From a virus (taxonomy: Duplodnaviria; Caudoviricetes), in the IMG/VR virus record IMGVR_UViG_3300016476_001378: 64,000 bases of DNA; one strand, 5' to 3'. The notes below the pieces were generated by a model. That model ran no database searches. It was not told the origin of the DNA and saw only the letters and a list, made by a program, of their open reading frames with translations. Positions 1 through 11,500 of the stretch are shown here, in pieces; the first letter of the stretch is position 1, and each line of letters begins with the position of its first letter. The translations under genes and the position numbers were made by a program.

Positions 1-3000
1 GACTGAAGAATAATAATTTACGTTGGAAGTACCAAGCACAAATGGTTCATCATAATGCATGTAGAATGTTAAATTTTTATTCTGTATACCACCAGTTACT
101 TTAACTCTTGGTGCTGCAATCATTTCTTCTGTTGTGTTAAAGCCTGCAGATCTTGTCCAGACACCATTTGAGCCAGTACCAACTGTAGTAACTTGATAAA
201 TACCATTTAGCTTGGAATCTTCTTGATTTTTAACGAGAATCAAATCCAAAGCTGACACTGTTTTGCCATCAACAACACTAGGTGCGCCTGTTGCTAAATT
301 CACAATATTTGCGGTAGTAGCATAGTCTACAGTTGTATCATACCCATCGCCAAGATCTAACTGGCGATTGATTCTCATCCTAACCAGCAGATAAGTATGA
401 GTGTCGGTGACAAAAGGAGTAAAATTAGAGGCCCCTATAATTGGATCTCCTGTTCTAGTGCCCACTGCGTTGTATGTGACTTCAAGATAGTGGCTTGTGC
501 CTGAACCTGTTGCAGGCTCAGCTGTAAAGTAAAGATCTGAAGTGCCAATAACAATAAATTCACTATTGGATAAGTAGAATGTTTTGCCTTTGTTCACAGT
601 ACCATTTTCAGCTGTTGATACATTGCCAACAGCAATATATGTATTCTTTAGCATTTCTGATTGCTCATCGAATAAATTCGAGCGAGTCAGAACACACTTA
701 ACACCTGTAGTGCCTACAGTAGATACATTATAGATGCCATTTTGCGCTCTGTTAGTTTGGTCTTTGACCAAAATGGTATTCTGGGTGTATGATGCAGCCA
801 AAACAACAGATGTTGCTGATTCTGTTGGATAATCCACTAAAGTTATGGATGTGCCTGTCGAAGGCAATGTAGCAATCTCACCTACGATTCTATCATTATC
901 AACATCATAAATAAAGCCTCCAACAGTTAGGCCAAAGTACTCAACATCGCCTAAGTCAATAGACAAATCAACTTGCTTACTTGTTGTGCTGTATGTCATG
1001 GTTGGAGAAAATAAAGTATACAATGTATAAGTGTATCTTCTGGATAAAGCAACTCCATCTATAGATACTGCACCTGCTGTGTTGTATGTCAACTTTGCGC
1101 CAATAGCTGGGGCAGTTGGTTCAGGTCCAGCGGAATAAGCTGCATCTAAATTAGCAGTTGTTGCTAATTTTACATTTATACTTCTACCAGTTGCTGGTGT
1201 TGTTTTTGCTGCAACTGTACAGAATTCAACAGCGCCCCAATCTTGTACAGAAGCTACACCCTGACCTTCAGGTTGGATTGGGTTTGTATCTTCTATTGAA
1301 TCTGTAAGCGCAAAATTCCACATTTTTAGCAAACCGCGATCTGGGAATTTTTGCTCAATTACAGAATATGGTGTGAAAATACTATCTCTGTTTAAGAAAG
1401 TTTTAGTTGTGGTATTATTACCACTGGTCACTGTAACGCCGGTTGTTGTCAATTGAACATTGATTAAATAATGACCATCTCCAATTTCAAAACCTTGTGA
1501 ACCGCTACCAGACTCGTGACGCATCTCAAACTCTAAAGTATAAGGTTCTAAATTAGTTTGTTGCCTATTGACAGCTTGCTCCCAGTCGGAACCTGTTTCT
1601 TGAGTAAACACAGTGGACTTGCCCAAGAAACCATTGATGTAAATGTACTCTTTTGTTCCGCTCTCGGCATACTTGCTGTCTATTGTCTTTGCGCCAACAA
1701 CATTTAATTTGTTTCTTGAATTGGTTTCACCATCATGATAAAATTGCCAAGCCCAACCCGCAGGGTCTGTTACAAATGCCTTGCTAAATTCAAGCACATT
1801 CCAGCTTGAATTATAGAAAGCAAATGAAGTTTGGTTAGCAGACCAAGAATTGGCACTAGAGTTAATGACAATTGGCTCTGTAGTGTTAAGGTAGAAAGTT
1901 AAATTAGCATTTGTGCTTCCTGCTGTAACAAATACATTTGTGTTTGGCAAGGCTTTATAATTTGTATCAAAATCTAAGGCCCTTGTTAGTTCAGTTTTTA
2001 CACTCCCTGTGCCAAGTCTTGTGACTGTATAAATGCCATTTTGTATAGCAGATGCTTGATTCTTAATTAAAATTCTATTCCCAAGGGCTACTGACACACC
2101 ATCTATGCTTAAAGTGCCTACAGCTGGCGCCACAAGCTTACCAGAGGCATAAACCCAAGTGCCTGACAGAGCAGCAGTTGTTGCGAGTCTTACATTTGTA
2201 AGCTTGTGTGTAAAGAAATTATTAACAACTTCATTATTAATGCCTGGGAGAGATCTAAGCTGCTCAGAGTAGCTATGAATTTCAGGCCTATCACCTATAG
2301 CTGCGACCACCTGATTTGCATAACTAATAATATCTGAAACTTGAAGAACGGAAGATTCATAATCATCTATGCCACTCTTGTTTAGATCTAGAACAAAAGT
2401 ATATTGCGATTCAGTGGTCGCATTTGTTTTGTTTAGTCTACGGGTGTATTTAAACACTTTGCCTTGCTTCGTGCCAAAGAACAAAGCATCGTATGCACTG
2501 GTTATGCTGGTCAAATCATAATTTGCGTCATACATTGGCTCTGACTTAATGCGCTCCCATGAATTTGAAAGAACATAATTATCAATAGGGGCCCTAAATA
2601 TATAACTCTTTGATGCAGTGCCAATATAAATGTATGATTTTGTTTCATGCATAAATTGGTGGAGAGTCATGCAGCTAATAGGCAGCGGATTCAAATCAAC
2701 ATCGGATGCTGTAAAAATAGGACCAACTATTTCTTTGCCATCAAATGACCAAACCTTGCCATTGCCTGACCCCAATAAAATCTTGTCACTAAGCGCAACC
2801 ATGCTTAAGATAGCACGTTCTCCTAAAGGACCAAGATCGACTACTCTTTCCAGCGTATTGTAATCCCATTTCCAAATTTGTGCGGCTGATCTCTCAACTA
2901 CACAATTAAATGTCGATGTGTAAGTGCCAGAAGGTAAGTTTTGGAATACTAAGTAACCAGTTTCATTATCAACATAGAACTTAGGCTCTGCTGTAATTGA

Positions 3001-6000
3001 ATCTGTGGCAGATGCTGCTCTGTTCCAAGTCGTGCCATTGACAGTCATAGTTATAGTGTCAATGTCGCCCAAAAATATCTTTCTATTATAAGTACCAGTA
3101 GATAAGGAAACAAGCTTGTATGCTGTCTCACCAGATGTTGACCAAGTTACACTATCAAATCTAATATTTGGTGTTGCAAATTCATTAAATTTAATAGCGG
3201 CCATGTACACAGCTTCTTTTGCCTGTGTTGGATCTGTCCATTTGATCGAATTATTTACAAGAATGTTCTTTGGAAATTCAGTAACGCCAAAAATGCTAAA
3301 ACTATTTCTAGTTAAATAAGTGTCTCGGGACAGTGTGTTCCAAACGCTGCTTGGTTGAGCGGCATTATTCCCATAATCTCTAACCTGAACTTCAATTCTT
3401 TTAATGCCATTTGGGTCTACAGATGTTGTTGTGCCACCACCTGAGCCACCTGAGCCACCTGAGCCACCTGAGCCACCTGTAGAGCCGCCTGCGTCTGTAT
3501 TTCCTGTGTTGCCTGTATTGCCACCTATAGGGTCAGGATTAGGATTGGTGCCAGGATCTCCTGAGGGCAGTGGTGGTTCTTCTGATCCAGAAACGGCGCC
3601 ACCAGATCCAGCAAATGCACTAAAGCCACCATTAAATGATGCGGAAACAACATCAAATGCTATTGGCTTCTTTGAAATTTCGGCATAAGGCTCCCAGTTA
3701 CTCCATGCACCTATGCCATTGCCATCAATAAGCCTAAAACGCATGTCTTTGACAGACGATACAGCATCCTGGCCCTCTATTTTTACATTAACAATTGTTT
3801 TGTTAGTATATTCAGACACAACACCATCTGGATCAATTATTGTAACTTCTGCTGATGGTGGCACAGTGTCGACCAATGAAATTAATTGAGCATTGACAGT
3901 TATAGGATAAGATTCAGATAAATTACCAGCATTATCAATAACTTCAACCCAAACTTTTCTGGGGCCATCTGTGCCCATGTTTTGCGGTGTATAGTTTGGA
4001 TCATCGACATAAGGATCTGTTGTTCCATCGGGATTTTTCCACCATGAACCATAATGATAGATAGTATAAACTATTTCATCATCTATAAGATTTCCAGAGA
4101 GATCTCTTTTCTTAAAAGAATCCCACTCAAGCCAATCTGTGTAAGAAATTTTACCAAAGTCAGTTTCCTTGCCAACCCTGAAAAGCCAGTTACCAGAATC
4201 TGCATCTGTCGCTCTTACATCCAACATTGTAGTTCTTACGGTTGGGTGAAGAACTGTAGTTACATAAGGTCTGTCAGATTCAGTGTTTACAGACAGGGTA
4301 GAAAGAATGGAAGGCGTATAGTACGGTGCAGAAATATCAACAGTCACTGCATCTGACAAACCCGAGGCATCAGATGAAACTAGAGCGTGGCTTTCTGCAC
4401 ATACTCTGAATTGCAAAGAAGCCTGATGAAAAACATTGTCATATCTTTCTCTAAAGCTATGGAAAAGCTTATACCAAAGAAGTGGAACAATTTGCCAACC
4501 AGTGCCCTGAACTTGACCAGCAGGTATGCCAGGCAATGCACTTCCACTGTAATTTACAAAAATTTCTGTTGAAATTTGATCAAATCCCTTTGCCCTTGCC
4601 AGACTCATGCCTCTTGGCAATTTGACAACCATCCAATATTTCGTACCCGCTGTTAGATTTGGTGCAGTGTCGTTGCCTAAGTTAAATTGAACTAAATTAT
4701 TATTTGGAATTTTATATCCAGTAAGTGCAAAGTCGGTTGAAGTCTCTTTTGCTGGTGCTATCCAGTCAGTGACAGCAGCGCCAATGTAACTATTACCAGC
4801 TGTTGTAGGTGTGGTGTATGCATAAATTCTAACTTCAGGATGTCTTGGTAAAACATTAGGGTCGGTTAAAGCATCTGTATCTTCAACCATAACTTCCAAA
4901 AGTTGAGGATATAAAGCAGTTTCTGTCAATGTTCTAGATCTAGGAATAAACTCCTGAACAATGTATTTATATTCAAGTGTGGAAGCCACAGAGGCCTTAT
5001 AGACATAGTCTCTAAACTCTGTATTGCCAGCAAGCATTAATTGGCCCAATAATGGCTTTTGGTATGCCGACCCACCAGTGCCTTTGATAAAATGTCTTTG
5101 ATTTGGCAGATCACTATTGCCAACAACTGCCTTGGGAACAAGCCCTGTAATTGAAATGTTCTTTAAAATAGCTCTTGAATTAACTGAGGTTGGAGAATCT
5201 ACCGCACCTCCAAAATCTAAATACAACTGGCTTCTAACACCCACTGCAACATGCCAACCCATACCCATTCGAGCCGTTGGTAAATCAGAAGTATGTTTAA
5301 AGTTAGCTATTGTTTCTCCATTGCGATTAATTATAATCCAAAGACCTTCACCGACAGAAGGAGTGTTACTGACAAGTATTTCAATGTTCTCACTTGTAGC
5401 GTCTGCTAGATATTCATAGGTTGAAATAATTTCGCTACTGACACTATTATCATTTTTGCGATGAATAAGACTGATGTTTTTATTAGTTTGATCAAATTTG
5501 ATCATGACAGTTGGCTTGTTTAAATTGCTGCTTGAATTTACATAGGCATCATCACATCTTGTACCCATGGGCTCTTCTGAAGCAAAAACTGGCCTTGGAC
5601 TTAATGCTACATAAAACTGGCCCTGAATCATTTGATAATCAAATGTAATCTTGGCTCTGTCAGAAAATGTTGGCATTTGTGAAAGTAACTCAGCATAAGA
5701 TCTGCCTGTGCCACTCGAAGTTTTCTTATCGACATCAAGGTCTGCCTTTAAGAAATAGCCCAATAATTCATCTACGCCAGAGCCAGAAGCTGGATCTGCG
5801 TCATAAACCGGGTCATTAAAACTAAGCTCTGTCCAAGTTCCATTATCTAATGCAGCTTGCCAACCCTCTTTAGTGGTATTCGTACTGACATTTGTATCTA
5901 TTTGTATGTCGTCATCTTTACAGTCGCCAAGATCTACATCTAATAAAATTCTTGCCGTACCTTGAGCCAATTCTTCAAGGGCATAAGTTAAACTGCCCGC

Positions 6001-7467
6001 GACAGATTCTATCAAAACATTTGCTTGGACATTGGTGGAAACACCCTCCCAGTCAGACATCGAATCCAAAGTTGCAGTGCCTAGTAAAAACGATTTAGTT
6101 TTATCAGAGAAAGGTGTGAAATATGATTTCACAATTCTTTTATTATCAAAAGCATTTGTTGGAGAAATTGCTGCTGGTCGAGCCAACTTAGTCATGTAAA
6201 GTTCAATGACGCCACCTTCTCTTAATTCTTTGACTATTGACTTAGATAATGTTGTAGTTTGTATTGTTGTTGCAGTAGTGCCAGTTCTCTTGATAATTTT
6301 AGCTGTAGGATAAGTATTCAAACCGTCATTCTGGCATTCGATCTTTATCTCAACTTCTTTGCAAGTAGAAGAGTTTGCAGCCTCATCTGCATTTCGAATA
6401 TTAAGCCTCAAAGAAACAGCATAATGAGATTGTTGATCCTTGTCAGCATTAATCGACAAAACTGTTTGAGCAAATAAATCTGGCTGTATTGTCAAATTCG
6501 GATCTGAATAGACAGCAGAGGGCGAATTAAATGCCACACCAGAATCTGATGACAAAGTGGCAGTGACAGTTGTATTAATTGAAACACTAGAGCTTGAAGC
6601 ATAAGTTCTAGTACTAGGGGTAAAATTTCTTTTTACAAGCGCAGGGGATGGAGTATTTGCACTAAAATTAGGGGCCAATGTTCTATTGGAATTTGAAGAC
6701 AAATTCGATGTTATCACATAAGCCAAGGGAGTAGCTGTGTCTGGCCCCCTTAATTCAATTAAATCACCTGTGTATCTAGCAACACCTGTGCCATAAAGAG
6801 CAGTAGCAGCCTCGTTGGCAGCATTAAATTTCCATAAAGCCTTACGGCCTGCATAATCTGGATTTCTTGCAATAATTTGTGGTAAACCTGGTCTAATGCC
6901 AGACTCAGGCTGCCAATAAATCTGATCAAAAACACCCATGTTGTTAGGGTATGTGCTTTGATCTCCGACAATAGACTCGGCTATTATCCTAAAATAAACT
7001 GTTGATAATCCACCATTACCAGAAAGCGGCCAGTTATTAATGATAAATAAATCATTACCAGCTTCTTCACTTCTTGCTCCTAAAGAAGTGTTATCTGGAT
7101 CAAAAAAGGCGACTGGGTCTATGTCAAAAATGTAATTTTTATTACTGCCAGTAACTTTATTTCCAATATTTGGGTCATACTCTGTTGAGTCGTAAGGCCA
7201 GTCAGTAATTGTTATTGTAGACGAAGGCAAGAAAAGTGGATCGTTGGAAAGCCGAATTGACTTAATAGTCTTAAGCTTAACAGGGTCTCTATTTTCAACA
7301 TCTACGAGTTCCAATCCAAATTTTAAAGTAACTTTATTGTTGTCAATGTAGGGTGAAAGATTTAACTTACCAGTAAAATAATTCTCGCCCTCGTTAAGGA
7401 CGAAATCATTGTTTAAAAAAGTATTGTTAAGATTTGGTGGAAGAACAAGTCTGATAGCATTGGGCAT
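1..7467 (-). CDS. Giant tail-tip/fibre virion protein, at least 2489 aa, runs off the left edge (absent from the ORF track)
   Basis: Hand translation from ATG at 7467 (MPNAIRLVLPP...) found no stop down to base 1 (...GTSNVNYYSSV), and the frame agrees at both ends. Contains Ig-like segments (VEVIDNAGNLS, VQVRDYGNN), a GGS linker, a propeller-like stretch and three ATTA..DG..IL[IV]K[ND]Q..NGIY fibre-type repeats. Confidence 0.85.
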   Translation of the reverse strand, partial: MPNAIRLVLPPNLNNTFLNNDFVLNEGENYFTGKLNLSPYIDNNKVTLKFGLELVDVENRDPVKLKTIKSIRLSNDPLFLPSSTITITDWPYDSTEYDPNIGNKVTGSNKNYIFDIDPVAFFDPDNTSLGARSEEAGNDLFIINNWPLSGNGGLSTVYFRIIAESIVGDQSTYPNNMGVFDQIYWQPESGIRPGLPQIIARNPDYAGRKALWKFNAANEAATALYGTGVARYTGDLIELRGPDTATPLAYVITSNLSSNSNRTLAPNFSANTPSPALVKRNFTPSTRTYASSSSVSINTTVTATLSSDSGVAFNSPSAVYSDPNLTIQPDLFAQTVLSINADKDQQSHYAVSLRLNIRNADEAANSSTCKEVEIKIECQNDGLNTYPTAKIIKRTGTTATTIQTTTLSKSIVKELREGGVIELYMTKLARPAAISPTNAFDNKRIVKSYFTPFSDKTKSFLLGTATLDSMSDWEGVSTNVQANVLIESVAGSLTYALEELAQGTARILLDVDLGDCKDDDIQIDTNVSTNTTKEGWQAALDNGTWTELSFNDPVYDADPASGSGVDELLGYFLKADLDVDKKTSSGTGRSYAELLSQMPTFSDRAKITFDYQMIQGQFYVALSPRPVFASEEPMGTRCDDAYVNSSSNLNKPTVMIKFDQTNKNISLIHRKNDNSVSSEIISTYEYLADATSENIEILVSNTPSVGEGLWIIINRNGETIANFKHTSDLPTARMGMGWHVAVGVRSQLYLDFGGAVDSPTSVNSRAILKNISITGLVPKAVVGNSDLPNQRHFIKGTGGSAYQKPLLGQLMLAGNTEFRDYVYKASVASTLEYKYIVQEFIPRSRTLTETALYPQLLEVMVEDTDALTDPNVLPRHPEVRIYAYTTPTTAGNSYIGAAVTDWIAPAKETSTDFALTGYKIPNNNLVQFNLGNDTAPNLTAGTKYWMVVKLPRGMSLARAKGFDQISTEIFVNYSGSALPGIPAGQVQGTGWQIVPLLWYKLFHSFRERYDNVFHQASLQFRVCAESHALVSSDASGLSDAVTVDISAPYYTPSILSTLSVNTESDRPYVTTVLHPTVRTTMLDVRATDADSGNWLFRVGKETDFGKISYTDWLEWDSFKKRDLSGNLIDDEIVYTIYHYGSWWKNPDGTTDPYVDDPNYTPQNMGTDGPRKVWVEVIDNAGNLSESYPITVNAQLISLVDTVPPSAEVTIIDPDGVVSEYTNKTIVNVKIEGQDAVSSVKDMRFRLIDGNGIGAWSNWEPYAEISKKPIAFDVVSASFNGGFSAFAGSGGAVSGSEEPPLPSGDPGTNPNPDPIGGNTGNTGNTDAGGSTGGSGGSGGSGGSGGGTTTSVDPNGIKRIEVQVRDYGNNAAQPSSVWNTLSRDTYLTRNSFSIFGVTEFPKNILVNNSIKWTDPTQAKEAVYMAAIKFNEFATPNIRFDSVTWSTSGETAYKLVSLSTGTYNRKIFLGDIDTITMTVNGTTWNRAASATDSITAEPKFYVDNETGYLVFQNLPSGTYTSTFNCVVERSAAQIWKWDYNTLERVVDLGPLGERAILSMVALSDKILLGSGNGKVWSFDGKEIVGPIFTASDVDLNPLPISCMTLHQFMHETKSYIYIGTASKSYIFRAPIDNYVLSNSWERIKSEPMYDANYDLTSITSAYDALFFGTKQGKVFKYTRRLNKTNATTESQYTFVLDLNKSGIDDYESSVLQVSDIISYANQVVAAIGDRPEIHSYSEQLRSLPGINNEVVNNFFTHKLTNVRLATTAALSGTWVYASGKLVAPAVGTLSIDGVSVALGNRILIKNQASAIQNGIYTVTRLGTGSVKTELTRALDFDTNYKALPNTNVFVTAGSTNANLTFYLNTTEPIVINSSANSWSANQTSFAFYNSSWNVLEFSKAFVTDPAGWAWQFYHDGETNSRNKLNVVGAKTIDSKYAESGTKEYIYINGFLGKSTVFTQETGSDWEQAVNRQQTNLEPYTLEFEMRHESGSGSQGFEIGDGHYLINVQLTTTGVTVTSGNNTTTKTFLNRDSIFTPYSVIEQKFPDRGLLKMWNFALTDSIEDTNPIQPEGQGVASVQDWGAVEFCTVAAKTTPATGRSINVKLATTANLDAAYSAGPEPTAPAIGAKLTYNTAGAVSIDGVALSRRYTYTLYTLFSPTMTYSTTSKQVDLSIDLGDVEYFGLTVGGFIYDVDNDRIVGEIATLPSTGTSITLVDYPTESATSVVLAASYTQNTILVKDQTNRAQNGIYNVSTVGTTGVKCVLTRSNLFDEQSEMLKNTYIAVGNVSTAENGTVNKGKTFYLSNSEFIVIGTSDLYFTAEPATGSGTSHYLEVTYNAVGTRTGDPIIGASNFTPFVTDTHTYLLVRMRINRQLDLGDGYDTTVDYATTANIVNLATGAPSVVDGKTVSALDLILVKNQEDSKLNGIYQVTTVGTGSNGVWTRSAGFNTTEEMIAAPRVKVTGGIQNKNLTFYMHYDEPFVLGTSNVNYYSSV
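3437..3479 (-). repeat. 9-bp tandem repeat (ccacctgag, about 4.8 copies) encoding a Gly-Gly-Ser linker
   Basis: Read directly. In frame it gives TGGSGGSGGSGGSGGG. Confidence 0.95.
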
Positions 7468-7544
7468 TTTTATTAAACCAGAGATGAAGTTTTGTTTTCT
7501 AAGTTTAATTATTCTTTATACAAGATGGCTTGTACCTGTTAGAA

Positions 7545-8552
7545 TTAAAATAAATCTATCTCTGTTGTTGAAGATGCAAAGACCGCTGCGGGATCGTCAG
7601 CTTTCAAAGCTATTGAGGCTTGTTGAACAATGTCTGTGTATACTGAAAAATAAACAAAGCCATCTACAGAATAAACGGTATCTTCTTCATAGAAAGTGTA
7701 TTCTCCAACATAGACCGATGGAACACTTGTGCCTGAAATCAATGTTAAATTAATAAAATCTGGAGCTGTAATAGTATCAACGCCATTTGGCAAGTAGATA
7801 AGAAGCTTCACGTTGATACTTGACAAATATTGATTACAAACTACTCTAAAATAAACAGTTCTGCTATTTGGGCCTTTACCTTGATTATAATAGTAAAGTT
7901 CGTCATCTGGCAAATTTAAATCAAACACTGGCACTGTAGAAATAACAGGTACGCCCAATCTGATGGGCCTTACACGCTCATGGTTTTGAGCTGATGTGTC
8001 GTATGTATCAAATAAACCAATTGAAAATTCGGGGCCTCTAGAACCAGATGGAACAAAGATCTCAGTGCTTGTAAACATTGAAACCGGAGGATCTGGAACG
8101 GGATCAGCTTCTACAGCTGTCAGCTGAGAAAAAGCCCCTTCTTGAAAGAAATTAATCTTAAAGCTGTCTGAAGAAGTAAATATAGTCAAGATTCCATTTG
8201 TAAAATTGACAAATCTGGCATCGAAACATTCAAGCCTAATGTTATTTTTATCAGTGTGCAAAAACGCAAAATTATCATTAAAACTGATATTGAATGAACT
8301 ATCAAACTTTAAGTGAACATTTCTAACCTTTGGTGATGTTTGATTGTAGTTTACTATAATTAGATTGTCATCTTGATAAACTGCACAATTAAAATTTTCT
8401 TCAATTTTAAATACAACTGCATCTCCAACATTCCCAAGCATAGAATTGCTCGGAACTTCGAGCAACGAAACACTGATGACTTCATCTTTTAATTCAATAG
8501 TAAAAACATTACTATTTTTGATTGTATTTAATAAAAATTTATTTTCGTCCAT
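7545..8552 (-). CDS. Hypothetical virion protein, beta-rich, 335 aa
   Basis: Long ORF packed tightly between large tail genes. No family recognised. Confidence 0.7.
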   Translation of the reverse strand: MDENKFLLNTIKNSNVFTIELKDEVISVSLLEVPSNSMLGNVGDAVVFKIEENFNCAVYQDDNLIIVNYNQTSPKVRNVHLKFDSSFNISFNDNFAFLHTDKNNIRLECFDARFVNFTNGILTIFTSSDSFKINFFQEGAFSQLTAVEADPVPDPPVSMFTSTEIFVPSGSRGPEFSIGLFDTYDTSAQNHERVRPIRLGVPVISTVPVFDLNLPDDELYYYNQGKGPNSRTVYFRVVCNQYLSSINVKLLIYLPNGVDTITAPDFINLTLISGTSVPSVYVGEYTFYEEDTVYSVDGFVYFSVYTDIVQQASIALKADDPAAVFASSTTEIDLF

Positions 8553-8559
8553 TTTAAGA

Positions 8560-11500
8560 TTACTCGGATACTAAAAGATCGCCATTCTCAGTAAAGTTTA
8601 AACCAACAGGGTGTGTAATGACTTGGCCACCCCAGTCTAATTTAACGTTGCCAGCTGAATCATATTTTACAACTCTACTGCTAATTCCACCGTTGACAAC
8701 ATCATCTAAAGCAACCCAATAATGAACCTTGTCATAGTCTGGCATTGCTCTGACTGCATCAACACCCTCTGTTGTAAAGCTAGAGAGCAATAAATTATTA
8801 GTTGGATTCTGGCTAATCAAAAGAACTTTGCCATTATCGTTGGTCTGTGAAGGTGCTGCAATTAATAAATTTCTGTATGCCAAATTGCTGCCTATTGTCA
8901 TTAGATAAGCACTTCCACCACGGCCTTCTAAGAATCTCACAGTTGTGTAAGGGATTCTCTTTGACTCAATATTTGTGCCATAAGAATCATATCTATTTAC
9001 AGAATATTCTCCAACAGACGCTACAACCCATTGATCAGATTCAATTACCTGTATACTTAGTGGAGAATACAGATTGTCAAACACAACCTCTCCCACAAAA
9101 ACCTTTATTCTAACAGGAGTGTTACCATCTGGCCCCATTAATGTATCTGTATTTGTAGAATTGTCATTAAAATCACCTTCAACAGTGACTACTGTATCTT
9201 TAATAAGGCCCTTGAATGATACAAACTCTTCAGATTTAAATTTGCCAGTTCCACCCACATTTTTATAGAGTTTTGTTGTGCCATCTACATAAGCGGGCAA
9301 GTCTGTGCCATCGTTTTTGTCTGTAGAAGAGCTTGGAGTTGTGTATGCGACCCCATCATTACCATCAGATTTTATGACATTATTTGCTGTATTTGTATCT
9401 GTTTCAATGTTTAAATAAAATTCATTAGCAAGCCAAGAATTCAATTGGTCTTTTAGTGTGCCTGTAAATTGAACTTCTAAAGTAGCTGTTTTTTGTCCAG
9501 TCCATGACACTCCATTTAAATTATCGGGGCCACCATTTCCAGCTCCGCTTGCATAAGTTAAAGGTTTAAATAGTGTTACAGTTACTTGATTATCATTTGT
9601 TCTGCCAGTATTATCAAATGTTACTACCTGATCTCCAGACTGAACAGTGATTTTTGCAGCCTTTGCTGGATCGTAGGTAACATATTGGCTAAATGAAATC
9701 CACATCTTACCCAGCCTTGGATTGTATTGAGCTGTGAGTGCAACTAAGTCTCTTTGGTTGCGCTTTAATCTTACATTACCTTGTATGGCTCTTACAAAAT
9801 AACCACTCTCATCAACTTCGACAACTCTATCATTATAAGTATCTGCAATTACAATGTGCTGATTGTTTAAAATGAAAACATCTCTAGGCTTTTCTAAACC
9901 ATTTGCAACAGATTGGCTCCATGCCTGCACAGGGGTGGTATAAAGTCCACCACTTGCTACATCTGCATTCATACCTGTATAAATGCTAGTTTCCGCTGAA
10001 CCATCTGCGTCATAGAAGAAGCCATGGCCTTCTGCTGTAAATTTTAAAAATTTATAATTGCCAACTTCTGATGTATTTGTTAATTCTAAATAAGCCTCAT
10101 CTGCTGTATTATCGCCAAAGATATCTGGATCTATAGTGACACCAACATTAGTGAAAGTTCTACCCTGATTTATAAATTCATCTTGTGTGTCCCAAGTCTT
10201 ATCGGCAGATTCACCAGCTCTAATATAAAAGAGGCCCACAAGCTGAACAGATGGTGCTGATTGCTTATCAGAAGAAGTCTCAAGGCGGACTTTGATATCT
10301 ATCCAATTTCCAGCATTGTTTGTAGAACTAATAATGCCAGTAGTGGCATCTACAGGAATAAATCCAGAACTATTTAATGCAGACTCTGAAGCAGCTACTC
10401 TCGTAGAAATTGAAACAGTTGCACCATTTGAATCGCCTGTGACTTCAGCCGTCACATTGCTAAAAATTGGGGTTCCAGAAGAATCATTGAATCTAAAAAT
10501 TAACTGGCCATTATCATAGAAATACAGTGTGTTCCAGACGAACATAGCACTATCTGGTGCTGGAGCTATAGATTCTTCGTCTATGCCATTAATTCTGGCG
10601 TATTGAGCCCTTTTAAGATCTGCTTGGCTAGACAATTTGCCACTATTTGCGTTTAAATCTGCATCTTTTAACTGAATGTTAATGTCTCTGTCATTGATCC
10701 AATAGAATCCCATTCCAATGACTCTTTGTCTTTGGGAGACCAGAGTTGCAAAAAAGGTGTCTAAATCGAAAGTAGCAATGTCTTCATCAGATCCAGTAGA
10801 TTCTAATGTGTAAAGAACACTCTTCGGTGTAATGTTGATGCTTGATATTGAAGTATTAGATGAGTTAAAGTTTACCGCAGTACCACCTGACTCAACAACA
10901 AAATAAACACTAACATTAGAACTGGCGCTGGCAATAGCATAAGAGATAGCAAATTTATTTAAATTACTAAAGTCTCTGGCTAAAACGTTACCTGTCGAAT
11001 CTTTAAATGTTAAAAATAAATAAGTAGCTACATCATACTGGTTTGCATCGTTTGGATTGTTAAATTCATTTACAAATGCAAACGTCCATCCTCTTGATGT
11101 TGAAAAAATACCAGATCCATAAAGCGAACTTGTTTCAGGATTGGAAATAACACCAAATCTATAGGGCTGCAAAAGCGTAAAATAAGCTGGATCCCCAGTA
11201 TTTATGATTTCTATGTGCTCAGACTTGTCATTCGCCAAAGTGTTGGTAGCATTAAAAGCATTTGTAAAATCTGTATCAGATTTCCAAAATAAGCTATCGC
11301 TGGAGATAGCTGTTGGATTACCACCAATGATCCTATGATTGGTTTTGTCAATAGTCGCCAAGGCCAAAGTTGTTGGTACATAAGGGGCCTCCACAGCTGT
11401 CAAACCATCCGCGCTCCATGTTGAGTAATAAGCCACAAAAGAATCATCGCTGTTGTAGCCTGGGAGATACAAAATGGCATTAATTAAATTCTTATCAATT

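Noticed and set aside
2630-7753. Short plus-strand ORFs in the track, including the Pro-rich 3404..3688
   Set aside because: They are antisense shadows of the giant minus-strand gene. The PPE repeat is the reverse complement of the GGS linker.
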